Origin: a virus
Taxonomy: Duplodnaviria; Caudoviricetes
Reading direction: 5' to 3' (one strand)
Length of the DNA stretch: 25,136 nucleotides
Virus record (IMG/VR): IMGVR_UViG_3300009024_000065
Span: 1-25,136 of that record
The translations under genes and the position numbers were made by a program. Under the pieces are notes generated by a model. That model had not been told where the DNA came from, searched no databases, and saw nothing but the letters and a program-made list of their open reading frames with translations. This document shows, one piece after another, positions 8,016 to 18,600 of this stretch (the stretch's first letter is position 1; the number at the start of each line of letters is the position of its first letter).

Positions 8016-8046
8016 AAGAAAGGGGTCTTTTTCAGACCCCTTTTTT
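8016..8046 (+). terminator. Rho-independent terminator after tail tube gene
   Basis: Stem-loop AGGGGTCT-TTTTC-AGACCCCT (8021-8041) running into T6 (8041-8046). The A-rich 5' flank suggests it may be bidirectional. Confidence 0.88.
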
Positions 8047-8061
8047 ATTATCTGGAGATTT

Positions 8062-8988
8062 ATGGCTAATTATAACATTAAACAGGAAGCCAAAGTATAT
8101 TTGGTAGTAAGCGGCACCAAATATAAGTTGGAGGTTGGGCCTGATCTGTCATTTAGTCAAACATTTACAGATAAGCCGAAAGCTGTTAAAACGTTGCATG
8201 CACAGAATGATTTTTTTGATAGATCAACAATCAAAAAAGCTAATCCTGCAAACTTTAAATTTTCGGTATTTTTTTACGAAGATAATACTTCATATAATAC
8301 AACAGCAATAGTACATGATAAATTAATTAGCTGTGGAGTATTTGATTTGTATATATCAACTGAGCTTGATAGGTTTTATCTGAAAGATTGTGTTATTGCA
8401 AATGGGACGTACGGGATTGAGCGATCCAAACCCCTGAGCTTAACAGTTTCTGGAACCGCCTCAAAGCTCTCCAGGGTAACAAGTACCATCACATCTGATG
8501 CACTTATCCCTGGGTCTAGTGCAAGCGTCAATTCTAATAGAAAGATATTGATGAATGAGCAGGTATTGGTACAGTTAGGTGGTAATAATTTGGATATCTC
8601 AACTGAGATAGTTGCTATAAAGGCAGAATTACAAAACAGTATAAGATGGACAGAAAATGCAACAATAGATGATGCCATAAATGTTATCGGTGCTTCTACA
8701 GCAATCTTCCCTAAAAAATTTACTGTTAGTAAAAAGTCTTTGGCAGGAAACATTACACGATATTTGTGCGATACCAACAATCAGCAATTATATCAGTTTA
8801 ACGAGTCCATTTCTCTCCGAATAAGAGTAGGAGAAGTTATAAATGGATCTTTTCATGGAGTAGATATTGATATGCCGACCAGCTCATTTACAAATCGATC
8901 AGCAGTTAGCGATGTATTTTTACAAAATTATGAGTGGAGAAATACTAGCAATCAGGCGCTATCTACAACTATCACATACAATAAATAA
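8062..8988 (+). CDS. Minor tail / baseplate tube protein (T5 p140-like)
   Basis: 308 aa with LSFSQTF....KTLH and I.KANPANF.F motifs. It follows the tail tube gene as in T5 and has a GGAG RBS. Confidence 0.8.
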   Translation: MANYNIKQEAKVYLVVSGTKYKLEVGPDLSFSQTFTDKPKAVKTLHAQNDFFDRSTIKKANPANFKFSVFFYEDNTSYNTTAIVHDKLISCGVFDLYISTELDRFYLKDCVIANGTYGIERSKPLSLTVSGTASKLSRVTSTITSDALIPGSSASVNSNRKILMNEQVLVQLGGNNLDISTEIVAIKAELQNSIRWTENATIDDAINVIGASTAIFPKKFTVSKKSLAGNITRYLCDTNNQQLYQFNESISLRIRVGEVINGSFHGVDIDMPTSSFTNRSAVSDVFLQNYEWRNTSNQALSTTITYNK

Positions 8989-9002
8989 CGTTAGGAGTTA
9001 CA

Positions 9003-9452
9003 ATGGAACTTAAGAAGTTAATGATCGACACTAAGTCGGTTTGGATTGATTTTCCTGGTCTATCAGGATTTTCAATAGAAGTAGCAAATCTTTCACGAAA
9101 AGAGCTAACCTCTTTAAGAAAGAAATGCACAGGTCAGAAATTTGACAGAAAAACAAGACAGGTAATGGAGTCTTTGGATGAAGATAAATTTATCAATGAA
9201 TTCACCAAAGCAGTGGTAAAAGGTTGGAAAGGGTTAACCTTAGAATATCTAGAAACTTTACTACTTATTGATATGGGCGAAAAAGACCCTTCAGAAGAAT
9301 TAGAATACACACCAGAAAATGCAGAAGTATTAGTAAGCTCTTCAACAGAGTTTGATACTTGGCTAAACGAGGTGGTATTCGACCTTGATAACTTTCGTAC
9401 AGGAACAAAAGGAAGCCCTGCTGGAAAGACTGGAAAAGTACTTCAAGAATAG
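9003..9452 (+). CDS. Tail assembly chaperone (gpG-like)
   Basis: Motifs WIDFPGLSGF, VKGWKGLT and YTPENAEVL...FDTWLNE; AGGAG RBS; two genes upstream of the TMP. Confidence 0.8.
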   Translation: MELKKLMIDTKSVWIDFPGLSGFSIEVANLSRKELTSLRKKCTGQKFDRKTRQVMESLDEDKFINEFTKAVVKGWKGLTLEYLETLLLIDMGEKDPSEELEYTPENAEVLVSSSTEFDTWLNEVVFDLDNFRTGTKGSPAGKTGKVLQE

Positions 9453-9783
9453 TGAAGCCAAAATGACGAGAGATAAATATCTCTCTATGTGTGAACAACT
9501 CGGAAGAGAACCTGATCCAAAGGAGTGCCCTCCAGATCTTGAAGATTTTCCGGAATTAGTTATAAATGCAATGAATACTTTTAATATGTTAGGGGATAGA
9601 GTGTATCCTGAGATTGGTTTTATAGGGAAAGACTATACTAATCTAAAACATTTTATAGAGATATACGATATAGCAGATACTGAATTATTCTTAGAAATTA
9701 TGACTTATTTAGAGTCAAGAGCTGTCAAACACTCTCAAGAAGCAATCAAAAGGGAGAGAGATAAGCTAAAGAGAAAAAAATAG
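9385..9783 (+). CDS. Tail assembly chaperone second ORF (gpT-like), probably reached by frameshift
   Basis: It overlaps the upstream chaperone by 68 nt in the +1 frame, has a TTG start and abuts the TMP start (TAGTG). Contains MTRDKYLSMCEQLGREPDP. Confidence 0.72.
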   Translation: MITFVQEQKEALLERLEKYFKNSEAKMTRDKYLSMCEQLGREPDPKECPPDLEDFPELVINAMNTFNMLGDRVYPEIGFIGKDYTNLKHFIEIYDIADTELFLEIMTYLESRAVKHSQEAIKRERDKLKRKK

Positions 9784-12700
9784 TGGCAAATAATACAGTT
9801 ACTCTTACGTTTAAGGTTACGGAAGACGGCAAGTTAAAGCAGATTAGTCAGGATGCAGAAAAAGCAGCAGCAAGTACTAAAAAAGCTGGAGCAGCTGCAG
9901 ATAGCTATAATCGTAAACAAAAAGGTGTGGCAGGAGCCACGTCTAACAGTACTAAAGCTTTCTCTAAGATGCAACAAAATCTTGGGGGAAGCAATGGTCT
10001 GGTAGCTGCTTATGCCGGTCTTGCCGCTAACATATTCGCATTAACAGCAGGCTTCGGAGCCCTTTCCAGAGCCGCACGTGCAAATCAGCTAGAATCAGGA
10101 CTTTTAGCTATGGGTCAGGCTACTGGTGTAGCCATGCACTCCCTTTCACGAGGACTAGTAGAAGCTACAGGGAACGCAATCAGTCTAGAAGAGGCGATGC
10201 GTTCTGTAGCTCTTATTACTAGCGCAGGTATTGATCCTAGCGCTATTGATCGTTTTGGTCAAGTTGCTAAGAAAGCCGCAACCGCACTTGGACGAGATGT
10301 ACAAGATTCTATAAACCGCCTCACTCGAGGTGTCACAAAACTAGAACCAGAGCTCTTGGATGAATTGGGTATCATGGTTCGGCTCGATGAAGCCTCAAAA
10401 ACCTATGCAGACAGTATAGGTAAAACTGCGAGCGAGCTTACAAACTTTGAAAAACGTCAAGCATTCTTAAACGCTACTCTTGCCGAAGGTGAGGCAAAAT
10501 TTGGTGCGCTTGGAGATGTTGATGTAAATCCGTATGACAAACTAGCAGCTGCCTTGCAAAACCTAGCAAAAAGTGGTATAGGTGGTATTGCAGAAGGTCT
10601 TGCAGGGATAGTAGGATACCTTTCAGAAAAACCAACAGCATTATTAGGTATTATAGCTGCATTTGGTTCAACAATATCTCAAGTAGTTTTAGGTAGTCTT
10701 GGCGAAATGACAACCAAAACACATTCTTTAGCAAAAGCTACTCAGGCACAAAATAAAGCAAGACTTAGTCAATTAACAGGATTAAATCGTTCTTCTAAAA
10801 GTCTTGATAATGTTGTTAAGTCAATGGACGATAATAGTGTTTCAAGTAGGGAATATAGAGAAGCATTAGACGGTCAGGCTCGTTCCCAAAAAGTAAACTT
10901 AGGACTACTTAATAAAAGAAAAAACCAAGAAAAAGTTTTAGCAAAAGTAAGCAAGACTAGTGGGCAAGAAGTAAAACTACAAGGAATCAGCCAGCAACAA
11001 TATAATCAAAGAATAGCAACATCTAATAACATTATTAAAAGACTTAACCAGTCTCAAATACAAGGAAGAAAGTCAGCTGCGGGTTTTGCACAATCTAAAG
11101 CTATCGCCGCAATACAAGAAGGAAAGTTTGGTGTAGCACTTAAAAATACAAGACGTATGTTAAGATTCCAAATGGCGGCTCTTGTACAAACTTCAGCTAC
11201 AACAAAAGGATATACTAGAGCCACTCAGATGGCGAGTATTGCTATACAAGGTCTAAGCATGGCAGCTAAGACCGCAGGTGCAGCAATAATGAGAATGATG
11301 GGTATTGTGGGCATGGCTCTCCTGGCATTCCAAATGTTAGCAGACGGCGTTAAATTTCTTATCAACTTGTTTAAGTCGGACGCACAAAAACAGTATGAAG
11401 AAAAATCAAAAGCATTGGCAGAGGTTCAAAAAGAGCTTGCAGGTAATTTAACGGAAGTTGATGCAGCTTTTCAAGGTCAAGCAGGTAAGATAATTGGAAT
11501 GAGCGGAGCATACACTGCTTTATCTAATACACTATCTACTTTTGTAGGCAAGTATAATGAATTAGATGCCGCAGGTAAAAGAAACGGCAATACTATTGAT
11601 GATCAAGTAGATGCTTTAGATGGTTTTATTGCAAAAAGCTCTGTTTTGAAAAATGCCATGCAAGAAGAGCTTGGAGCTACAACGATTGCAGGACTTGCAA
11701 AAGACAAATATAGTGGGGATACGAGAAGAGCAAAAATTGCTGTAGACCAGTTTATAAACTCACAACTCAATGTAGCAAAAACTATGAGAAGTATTGCTGA
11801 AACTGCAAAAGCAGGACAAGAAGCTATTGCAGACTTTATAAATGCTGGTAGAATAAAAACAAGTGTAGATGAAGTACTGGGATCTTTGAAAAATTTAAAT
11901 AGTGAATTATTCACTGTAGGTGCAGATGGTGTCACCGTTGAAATAATTCCTACAGTCAAAGAAGAGGGAAATCTCGGTGCAATTTTATCAGAAAGCTTAA
12001 ATGCAGACCAAGCTAGAATATTTGATGTTTCAAAAGAGCATCGTGAATTAAAAGCTATAGAAAAAGCAAACAAAGATACACAAAATAAGATTGCCGAGCT
12101 AACAGAAAGAAAAGCAGGACTAAGTGGCAGATCCGAGGGAAAAAACAAAAAGAGAATAGACGCATCGATTGCTATTTTGAAAGCTGAAATGAAAGCAGGT
12201 AAAGAACAACAAGATGTTATTGCCGAAGCCATGCTTCCTCAACTAAAAACAGCCCAGGATTTGTTTGCCCTTGAACAGCAAAGACAGGTTGATAAAAAAC
12301 ATCTTTTAGAGATGGCAAAAGAAGAAACCCAGCTTCAAAAAGCACTTGCTGCAAATACTCAGGTGTCTGCACAGGCACAGATAAATGCTCACAATGCTCA
12401 AAAAGCAGCACAAATGGAATTGAATAGTAATCAAATTAGATTCAATAATAAAATTATTTCAGGATTAGATGCTGAAAAACTTGGACGAAAGCTGTCAGTA
12501 GACGAAGCAAAACAGTTACAGACCTTACAAAATCAAAATGCAGTCTTAACCATGCAAAACACAAGACTGGAAGCAGAAAAAACGGATGAATTAGAAGCTC
12601 AAGTACAGCTTAAAAAGACAGTACTAGCTGCTGTTCAAGAAAATGCTAAAGCAGAAAAAGCTGTTCTTGACAATCTTAAAAAGCAAATTTCAGAAGCTAA

Positions 12701-14933
12701 AAAGTTTCAGAAAGTTACTGAAAGCATTGCTAAGTTGGAGATGCGAGCAGCGAATAGAGCTTCAGGACAAGCCAGTGGCCTGACTCCTTCCCAGATAGCC
12801 TCTATAAAACTTGACAAAGACTCTAGAGCTCGTAGAATAACAATAATACAACAAGAATATAATTCTAAAGTTGCAGGTGCAACTATAGAAAGGGCAGTTA
12901 CAAAAGCTCGCATGGCGGTACTTAAAGCAGAGATTGATTTAATCAATCAGAAAAGAAAGGATGCCGGAGAAAAGCAGATAGATACTACAGAGCTAGATGC
13001 TGTTATAAACAGTCTCAATAACGAAAGTGGTGTATATGAGCAAGCAATGCGTAATGCTCTACTAACGAAAAAAGAACAGCTACTTATTTTAAATGAAGAA
13101 GCAGCAACTTTAGATGTTCAAAAATTAAGAACAGTAGAGCTAGAGCAAATTGATCAAAAAAGGTTGGAGCATGCAAAATCTATTCTTGGACTTCAAAAAG
13201 GCGTCTTTGGAGAAATGTCAAAGCAGTCAGACATAACAGATAAGCTAGCTACTCTTCGCAATACAGGCGCTGATGGACAGCCTAAGAGCTTAGTGCAAGC
13301 AGAAAAGAATGCAGAAGAAAGCAGACAACGTAGAGAACAGTTAGCTAAGATGGAGTATAACTTAAAAGTTGCAACAGTTAAAGCGGAAGAGGCTTTAATG
13401 CAGGCTAAGTTTGATCTATTAAAAGCAGAGATGGCAGCTTCAGGCGGTGGTATCGATGCTAACGAAGCAGCCGCTTTAAATGCCGCACAACAGTCACTTA
13501 ATCTAACAAAGCAAGCAAATGAGATGAAGATTAAGACAGCAAAAATGGAAAAAACTCTTGCTCTGGAAACTGTCAATGCTGAGAGAAGCAATGCCGCAGA
13601 GAAAGCTGGAAGGGCTGGAGGTATGAAAGGCCTTCTCGCTAACCTTAGAGGAACAAGAACTGCAGAGGATCAAGATATCGGTAAGGTAGGAACCGGAGCA
13701 ATAACAGAAGGTGAAAAAATAGTAGCAGATAGTATTAAACAAGGCAGTGCCGATACGAATATGATACTGAAAGCAATCGCAGATAAACTTGGCGCAGAAG
13801 TAAGTACTGGAGAAGGAGCTACATCAGTTTCATCTACAGTATCTCCAGGAACTGATGCAACAATCGATACGATTAGTCAAGCAAATCAAGTAGGAAATGC
13901 TACGAGCTCAACAGTAGAGAATGGTTTAGGCGGAGATTCTGGAAAAACCATAACCTCAGAAGATAGTGAAGGTAACGGAGTAGATGGGGCAGTAAATAAG
14001 CTTAGTACACTAAAAGGTCTTATCTCAGCTACGGCAACTGAGATGGCACTCTTAGGCCCTGAAGGTGAAGGAGCAAGTCAGGTATTGAATGGTGCTTTAG
14101 TTATGTCCGAAGCCTTTGATAAAGAAGCTGATTCAATGGAAAGAGCAGGTGCTATGATTTCCGGTCTTTCTTCCATGATGGAAGGCAACTCAAAAATGAA
14201 GATTGCCAGAATAGATCAAGAGATTGAAGCCGAAAAACGTAGAGACGGAAAATCAGCAGAAAGTGTTGCTAAACTAAAAGCACTAGAGAAAAAGAAAGAA
14301 GCAGAGCAGAGAAAAGCATTTAAGCGTAAGAAAGCTATGCAAATGGCTCAAACTGTAATTAATACCGCTGCGGGTATTATGGAGTATATGTCAGACAAAA
14401 ATATACCAATGGCTGTAGCAACAGGTATATTAGGTGCGGCTCAATTAGCTATTATTTCGTCACAAAAATATCAAGGAGGTAGTGCTTCTGCTCCTTCAGC
14501 AAGTATTCCGGAAAAAGCATCATCAGGAAAAAGAGATGCAAAAGTAGACTTAGCAAGAGGAAATAACGCATCGGGAGAACTAGCATATTCTAGAGGTTCT
14601 ATGGGTACAGGCTCTGGTGCTACCGACTTTAAACCTGCTTTCACAGGATATAAACATAGAGCAGAAGGAGGACCAACAGGCTTCATAGTAGGTGAACAAG
14701 GGCCTGAACTCTTTATGCCACAACAACCAGGAGATATAATCCCTGCAGGACAAACTGAAGATATTACCGCTTCGGCACCTACTAATGTTAGCTTTAATAT
14801 TAGCGCAGTAGATTCTAGAGGCATGGAAGAGATGTTATTAGAACAACGAGGAAGTATAATAGGAATGATTAAAGAAGCCGCAAACGAGAACGGAGAACTC
14901 TTCTTAGAAGACGTTGAGGAGATGACATACTAA
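9783..14933 (+). CDS. Tape measure protein (T5 pb2-like N-terminus), 1716 aa
   Basis: Ala/Lys/Gln-rich helical protein with YAGLAANIFAL and GVTKLEPELLDELGI motifs, a hydrophobic segment MMGIVGMALLAFQMLA and a C-terminal RAEGG...VGEQGPELFMP. GTG start overlaps the upstream stop. Confidence 0.93.
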   Translation: MANNTVTLTFKVTEDGKLKQISQDAEKAAASTKKAGAAADSYNRKQKGVAGATSNSTKAFSKMQQNLGGSNGLVAAYAGLAANIFALTAGFGALSRAARANQLESGLLAMGQATGVAMHSLSRGLVEATGNAISLEEAMRSVALITSAGIDPSAIDRFGQVAKKAATALGRDVQDSINRLTRGVTKLEPELLDELGIMVRLDEASKTYADSIGKTASELTNFEKRQAFLNATLAEGEAKFGALGDVDVNPYDKLAAALQNLAKSGIGGIAEGLAGIVGYLSEKPTALLGIIAAFGSTISQVVLGSLGEMTTKTHSLAKATQAQNKARLSQLTGLNRSSKSLDNVVKSMDDNSVSSREYREALDGQARSQKVNLGLLNKRKNQEKVLAKVSKTSGQEVKLQGISQQQYNQRIATSNNIIKRLNQSQIQGRKSAAGFAQSKAIAAIQEGKFGVALKNTRRMLRFQMAALVQTSATTKGYTRATQMASIAIQGLSMAAKTAGAAIMRMMGIVGMALLAFQMLADGVKFLINLFKSDAQKQYEEKSKALAEVQKELAGNLTEVDAAFQGQAGKIIGMSGAYTALSNTLSTFVGKYNELDAAGKRNGNTIDDQVDALDGFIAKSSVLKNAMQEELGATTIAGLAKDKYSGDTRRAKIAVDQFINSQLNVAKTMRSIAETAKAGQEAIADFINAGRIKTSVDEVLGSLKNLNSELFTVGADGVTVEIIPTVKEEGNLGAILSESLNADQARIFDVSKEHRELKAIEKANKDTQNKIAELTERKAGLSGRSEGKNKKRIDASIAILKAEMKAGKEQQDVIAEAMLPQLKTAQDLFALEQQRQVDKKHLLEMAKEETQLQKALAANTQVSAQAQINAHNAQKAAQMELNSNQIRFNNKIISGLDAEKLGRKLSVDEAKQLQTLQNQNAVLTMQNTRLEAEKTDELEAQVQLKKTVLAAVQENAKAEKAVLDNLKKQISEAKKFQKVTESIAKLEMRAANRASGQASGLTPSQIASIKLDKDSRARRITIIQQEYNSKVAGATIERAVTKARMAVLKAEIDLINQKRKDAGEKQIDTTELDAVINSLNNESGVYEQAMRNALLTKKEQLLILNEEAATLDVQKLRTVELEQIDQKRLEHAKSILGLQKGVFGEMSKQSDITDKLATLRNTGADGQPKSLVQAEKNAEESRQRREQLAKMEYNLKVATVKAEEALMQAKFDLLKAEMAASGGGIDANEAAALNAAQQSLNLTKQANEMKIKTAKMEKTLALETVNAERSNAAEKAGRAGGMKGLLANLRGTRTAEDQDIGKVGTGAITEGEKIVADSIKQGSADTNMILKAIADKLGAEVSTGEGATSVSSTVSPGTDATIDTISQANQVGNATSSTVENGLGGDSGKTITSEDSEGNGVDGAVNKLSTLKGLISATATEMALLGPEGEGASQVLNGALVMSEAFDKEADSMERAGAMISGLSSMMEGNSKMKIARIDQEIEAEKRRDGKSAESVAKLKALEKKKEAEQRKAFKRKKAMQMAQTVINTAAGIMEYMSDKNIPMAVATGILGAAQLAIISSQKYQGGSASAPSASIPEKASSGKRDAKVDLARGNNASGELAYSRGSMGTGSGATDFKPAFTGYKHRAEGGPTGFIVGEQGPELFMPQQPGDIIPAGQTEDITASAPTNVSFNISAVDSRGMEEMLLEQRGSIIGMIKEAANENGELFLEDVEEMTY

Positions 14934-15667
14934 TGGCTACAATAAGTTTTTTAAATATTTTACCAAATCCCGATTATAAAATTGGGGATGCTGGAGAACT
15001 GAATAACTCAGGCGGAGGACAAGGATATAAAAGTGTAAAAGTTACTTCTGAACAGCCTCTTATAAAAAGTCGCACGAATTCGGGAAAACTTTATGCTAGA
15101 GCACAGGGCGCACATACTTGGAAAGTATCAATTTCATATAACCCTATGACGAGAGACGAGTTTCAGCCATTACATAGCTTTCTTATGGAACGAAGAGGTC
15201 AGATGAAACCTTTCTATATTTCTTTGCCACAGTACAAAGCTCCGAGAAACTCTTCGTTCGCAACTTATGTAGCAGACAGCAATGAGAATAATATGAGTTT
15301 ACAAGCGGCAGCATCTGCAGGGGTAACTAATATACTAATTGGAGCAAGTGGTTATGTGATAAGTAGCGATGGTACTCCTAAGCCTGGAGATATGTTTACT
15401 GTTGATCTAGCTACTCATACAAAAATATATCAGGTTACAAAAGTAGAGACGCCTTCTCTATATGAAACAAACACAACTCCTCCAGGATCAAACCAAGTTA
15501 GAATGCATTTTATGCCTCCTCTACAGAAAGCGGTTGCAAACGGAACAGAACTTGTATTTGATGATCCAAAAATGAGAGTAGTACAAAGAAATAATACACA
15601 AGAATACAGTCTAAATACAGACAATTTATACAGCTTTTCATTGAGCTTAGAAGAGGCCCAACTATAA
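14933..15667 (+). CDS. Distal tail protein (Dit, T5 pb9-like)
   Basis: Motifs GYKSVKV, NSGK, WKVSISYNPMTRDEF, ISLPQY, G.PKPGDMF and HTKIYQVT; follows the TMP. Confidence 0.85.
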   Translation: MATISFLNILPNPDYKIGDAGELNNSGGGQGYKSVKVTSEQPLIKSRTNSGKLYARAQGAHTWKVSISYNPMTRDEFQPLHSFLMERRGQMKPFYISLPQYKAPRNSSFATYVADSNENNMSLQAAASAGVTNILIGASGYVISSDGTPKPGDMFTVDLATHTKIYQVTKVETPSLYETNTTPPGSNQVRMHFMPPLQKAVANGTELVFDDPKMRVVQRNNTQEYSLNTDNLYSFSLSLEEAQL

Positions 15668-18600
15668 TGACAATTAGAAAATTATCCAGCGACAATACCA
15701 AACAAACGGCCTTAGTAAGCTCTCTTACAAATGGAGATGCGTATGCGTATGCTCATTTAATTAAATTTGAAAGAGCAAATACTCTATCAAATGAAAACTT
15801 TGAAAGAAGGGAAAGAAGTGTAAACGATTATGTGTATATAACAGATAATCCTTATGAATTAGAGTACGATAGTGTAACTTACCTACCAAACAGTCTTTTG
15901 TCTGTAGGTACTACTAATGAGGCTATAAAAGCAAAAGCCTCCACTATGAAAATAACATTAGATGGCGCATATCTTGGAGTGCACTTTCAAAGTTTAAAAA
16001 CAACCGTTGCTTATAACTCAGGCAATACAACCGGAACAGTTACAATAACTTCCCCAGGAGATAGTTGGGCAGAATCTGGTTTTTCTGTAAATGATATTAT
16101 AAGTTTAACATATACAGAAAGCACTACTAAAACAGTAGATATAAGAATTACTGCAATATCTGATAATGGGTTACAAATATCTTTTGAGGCAGATTCTGCC
16201 TCAATACTAGGAACAGCAGGCTCTAGTAAAGTATTTAGTAATGTTACTATGTCCTCGGAACACTTAACCTCTTTACTAACCTCTAAACTTGCTGGATATG
16301 TAAACTACTTGAACAGAGATGTTACAATATACAGTGCTCATATCAATCCTGAAACAAGACAAATAATTGGAGAACCTTATATACTTTTTAAAGGTATTGT
16401 AACTAATGGTTCTGTAGATGAAAATGTTTCAAACTCAAAAATTACGTGGACTCTTACTAGTCATTGGGGAGACTTCCTACAAGTATCGGGTCGCTTAACG
16501 GATGATGCATCTCATCGAGGTTTGACAGCCGGTGGGCTAAGTGATACTACAGTTATTACTAGAGATGATTATTCAGAAGATTTAGGGTTTTTACACGCCA
16601 ACTCTGCTTTTAATATTGCTGTTAAATATGATACTATTGAAAAATCTTATAAACAAGTCGATATAAATGGAGGCTGGTTCGGAGGTAAAAGACTACGAGA
16701 AGTAGAAACTATTAGAGAACAGACCAGTGTACTTGATTTTCATACTCAAGCAAAACACATACCGGTTGTTTATGGTGTAAGAAAAATAAAACCTATCCCT
16801 GTATTTGTAGATACAGACGACAGCACTTCCGCTTTAGTATATAAGGCAGAGGTTTTTTGTGAAGGAGAGATCGCAGGTGTTTTAGATATTTTACTAGACG
16901 AAACTCCGACTATATGTATTGATAAAATTGATTTTGATATTAGGAATACATCAGGTACTGGATATGATGCTGATGCGGTAGAAATAAGCTGTAACGGTAA
17001 CAAGGCACGAGGAGATGTTCTTGAAAAAACTATAGGCGACGAGATGGAAACCGTAACCATTAAGGCCGGTGTAAAAAGGGTTGGTAAAAGTTACCGAAAC
17101 GTATATAAAGATATTCAAGTACCTACAGGATTTCCTAATCAGTCAGGCGCAACAAATGGTGTGGAAGCTTCGTCATCAGCAACAGGCGTACAACATAGTG
17201 AATATATACACTGGAGGGAAGGCACCGAATTAGATGGTCAATTTCAATTAGGAAAACCAAATCAAACGGCAAGTGAACTACTTATACAAGGTACTGAAAA
17301 CGGTTATAAAATAGGAAATCACTATTTTGACGGAACTAAGTGGGATTACTGGGGAGGTCACCACAGACTTTTAGATACGGCGTATGCAGCATTAAAGTTC
17401 AAACTTCCATTAGGTGAGTCACAAGTACCCAGACTTAATTACATCGTAAAAGGTAAACTCATAGACTGTCATAACTATGATGATAGCTATGGCCCGTCCA
17501 AAAATAGAGTAGATGATAATAATAATGTTATTACTACCTATACTCATACTGCTACTCAGGCGTATCGCTTCGAACCAGGCGATGTAGTAGATATTATGAA
17601 TGGTAGTTCCGTACTTCACCAAAATGTGGTTATCACAGAGAGGTTTTTAGAGTATGAGCCACACTTTAAAGCAAACGTGTATCGCTTTAAGTTTGAGGGT
17701 AACCCAATTAGTTCCTCAACCCCTGATCAGTTCCAGATTAGAAGATCCGATGGAAGCGGCGGATATTATACCTACCACATGGAACTTAATAAAAAGACTC
17801 AGTTTGTAGGAACAGTTAGAGAAAAGCTCGGCTGTAGGCTAGAAGAAGATCAAAATGAGCATATAATTACAGGAGGTTTTTCCACCTATAGACCTACAAG
17901 TATTGTACTTGGTTGGAAATACAGTACAAGTACTAATGTTGAGCACTATTGGAAAGAGAGATCTCTTGGTAACGGTCAATATAGACATACACTATATTAT
18001 GCTGGTGAAGAAGTATATAATAACATAGGTCTACAGGGCGAAGATGAATACACATCTAATGGAATAACATACCACAGAGGCACTCAACGCTATAATAGTG
18101 GTGGGGGTGAACTACGTTTCGATATTAGAAAAGAAAACACAATGGGAAGTGGATCAACTACTAGAGACTACGGAAAAGCAACCGCCTTAGATGCAACAGT
18201 TATAACTGGCGATGATGCAGATCTTCGTTTCTTTATTAAAAGATCTGTAAATAATAAACCAGAAGAAGTTGTGTCTGTAGAATCTTCACTAATTCCCATA
18301 ACTTCTACTACCCATGTTGAGCTGGCAGGGAATTCACTTCAATATACCCAACCAAAAATTACTTTTCAGGGTTTATTCCAAGAGCAGTATACACGTTTGA
18401 AAACTTTTTCAACCTGGCACCATGTTGAAGTAACAAATGCAATCGCAATCAGCAGTTCTGGTGCAAGTGGTGCTGATGATTTTTACAAAGGAAGCACGGT
18501 AAGTTATCAAACTACTGCGTCTACTGGATATCAGTGGACGGTTACAAGAAAAGTAGAAAAGTATGACGGTACAAATAAAATTGTATATTTTGATCGTCCT

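Noticed and set aside
12811-12838. TTGACA-16 bp-TAGAAT inside the TMP gene as an internal promoter
   Set aside because: It has a suboptimal spacer, lacks the upstream motif of the two intergenic promoters and lies mid-CDS. One such match is plausible by chance in 25 kb of AT-rich DNA.
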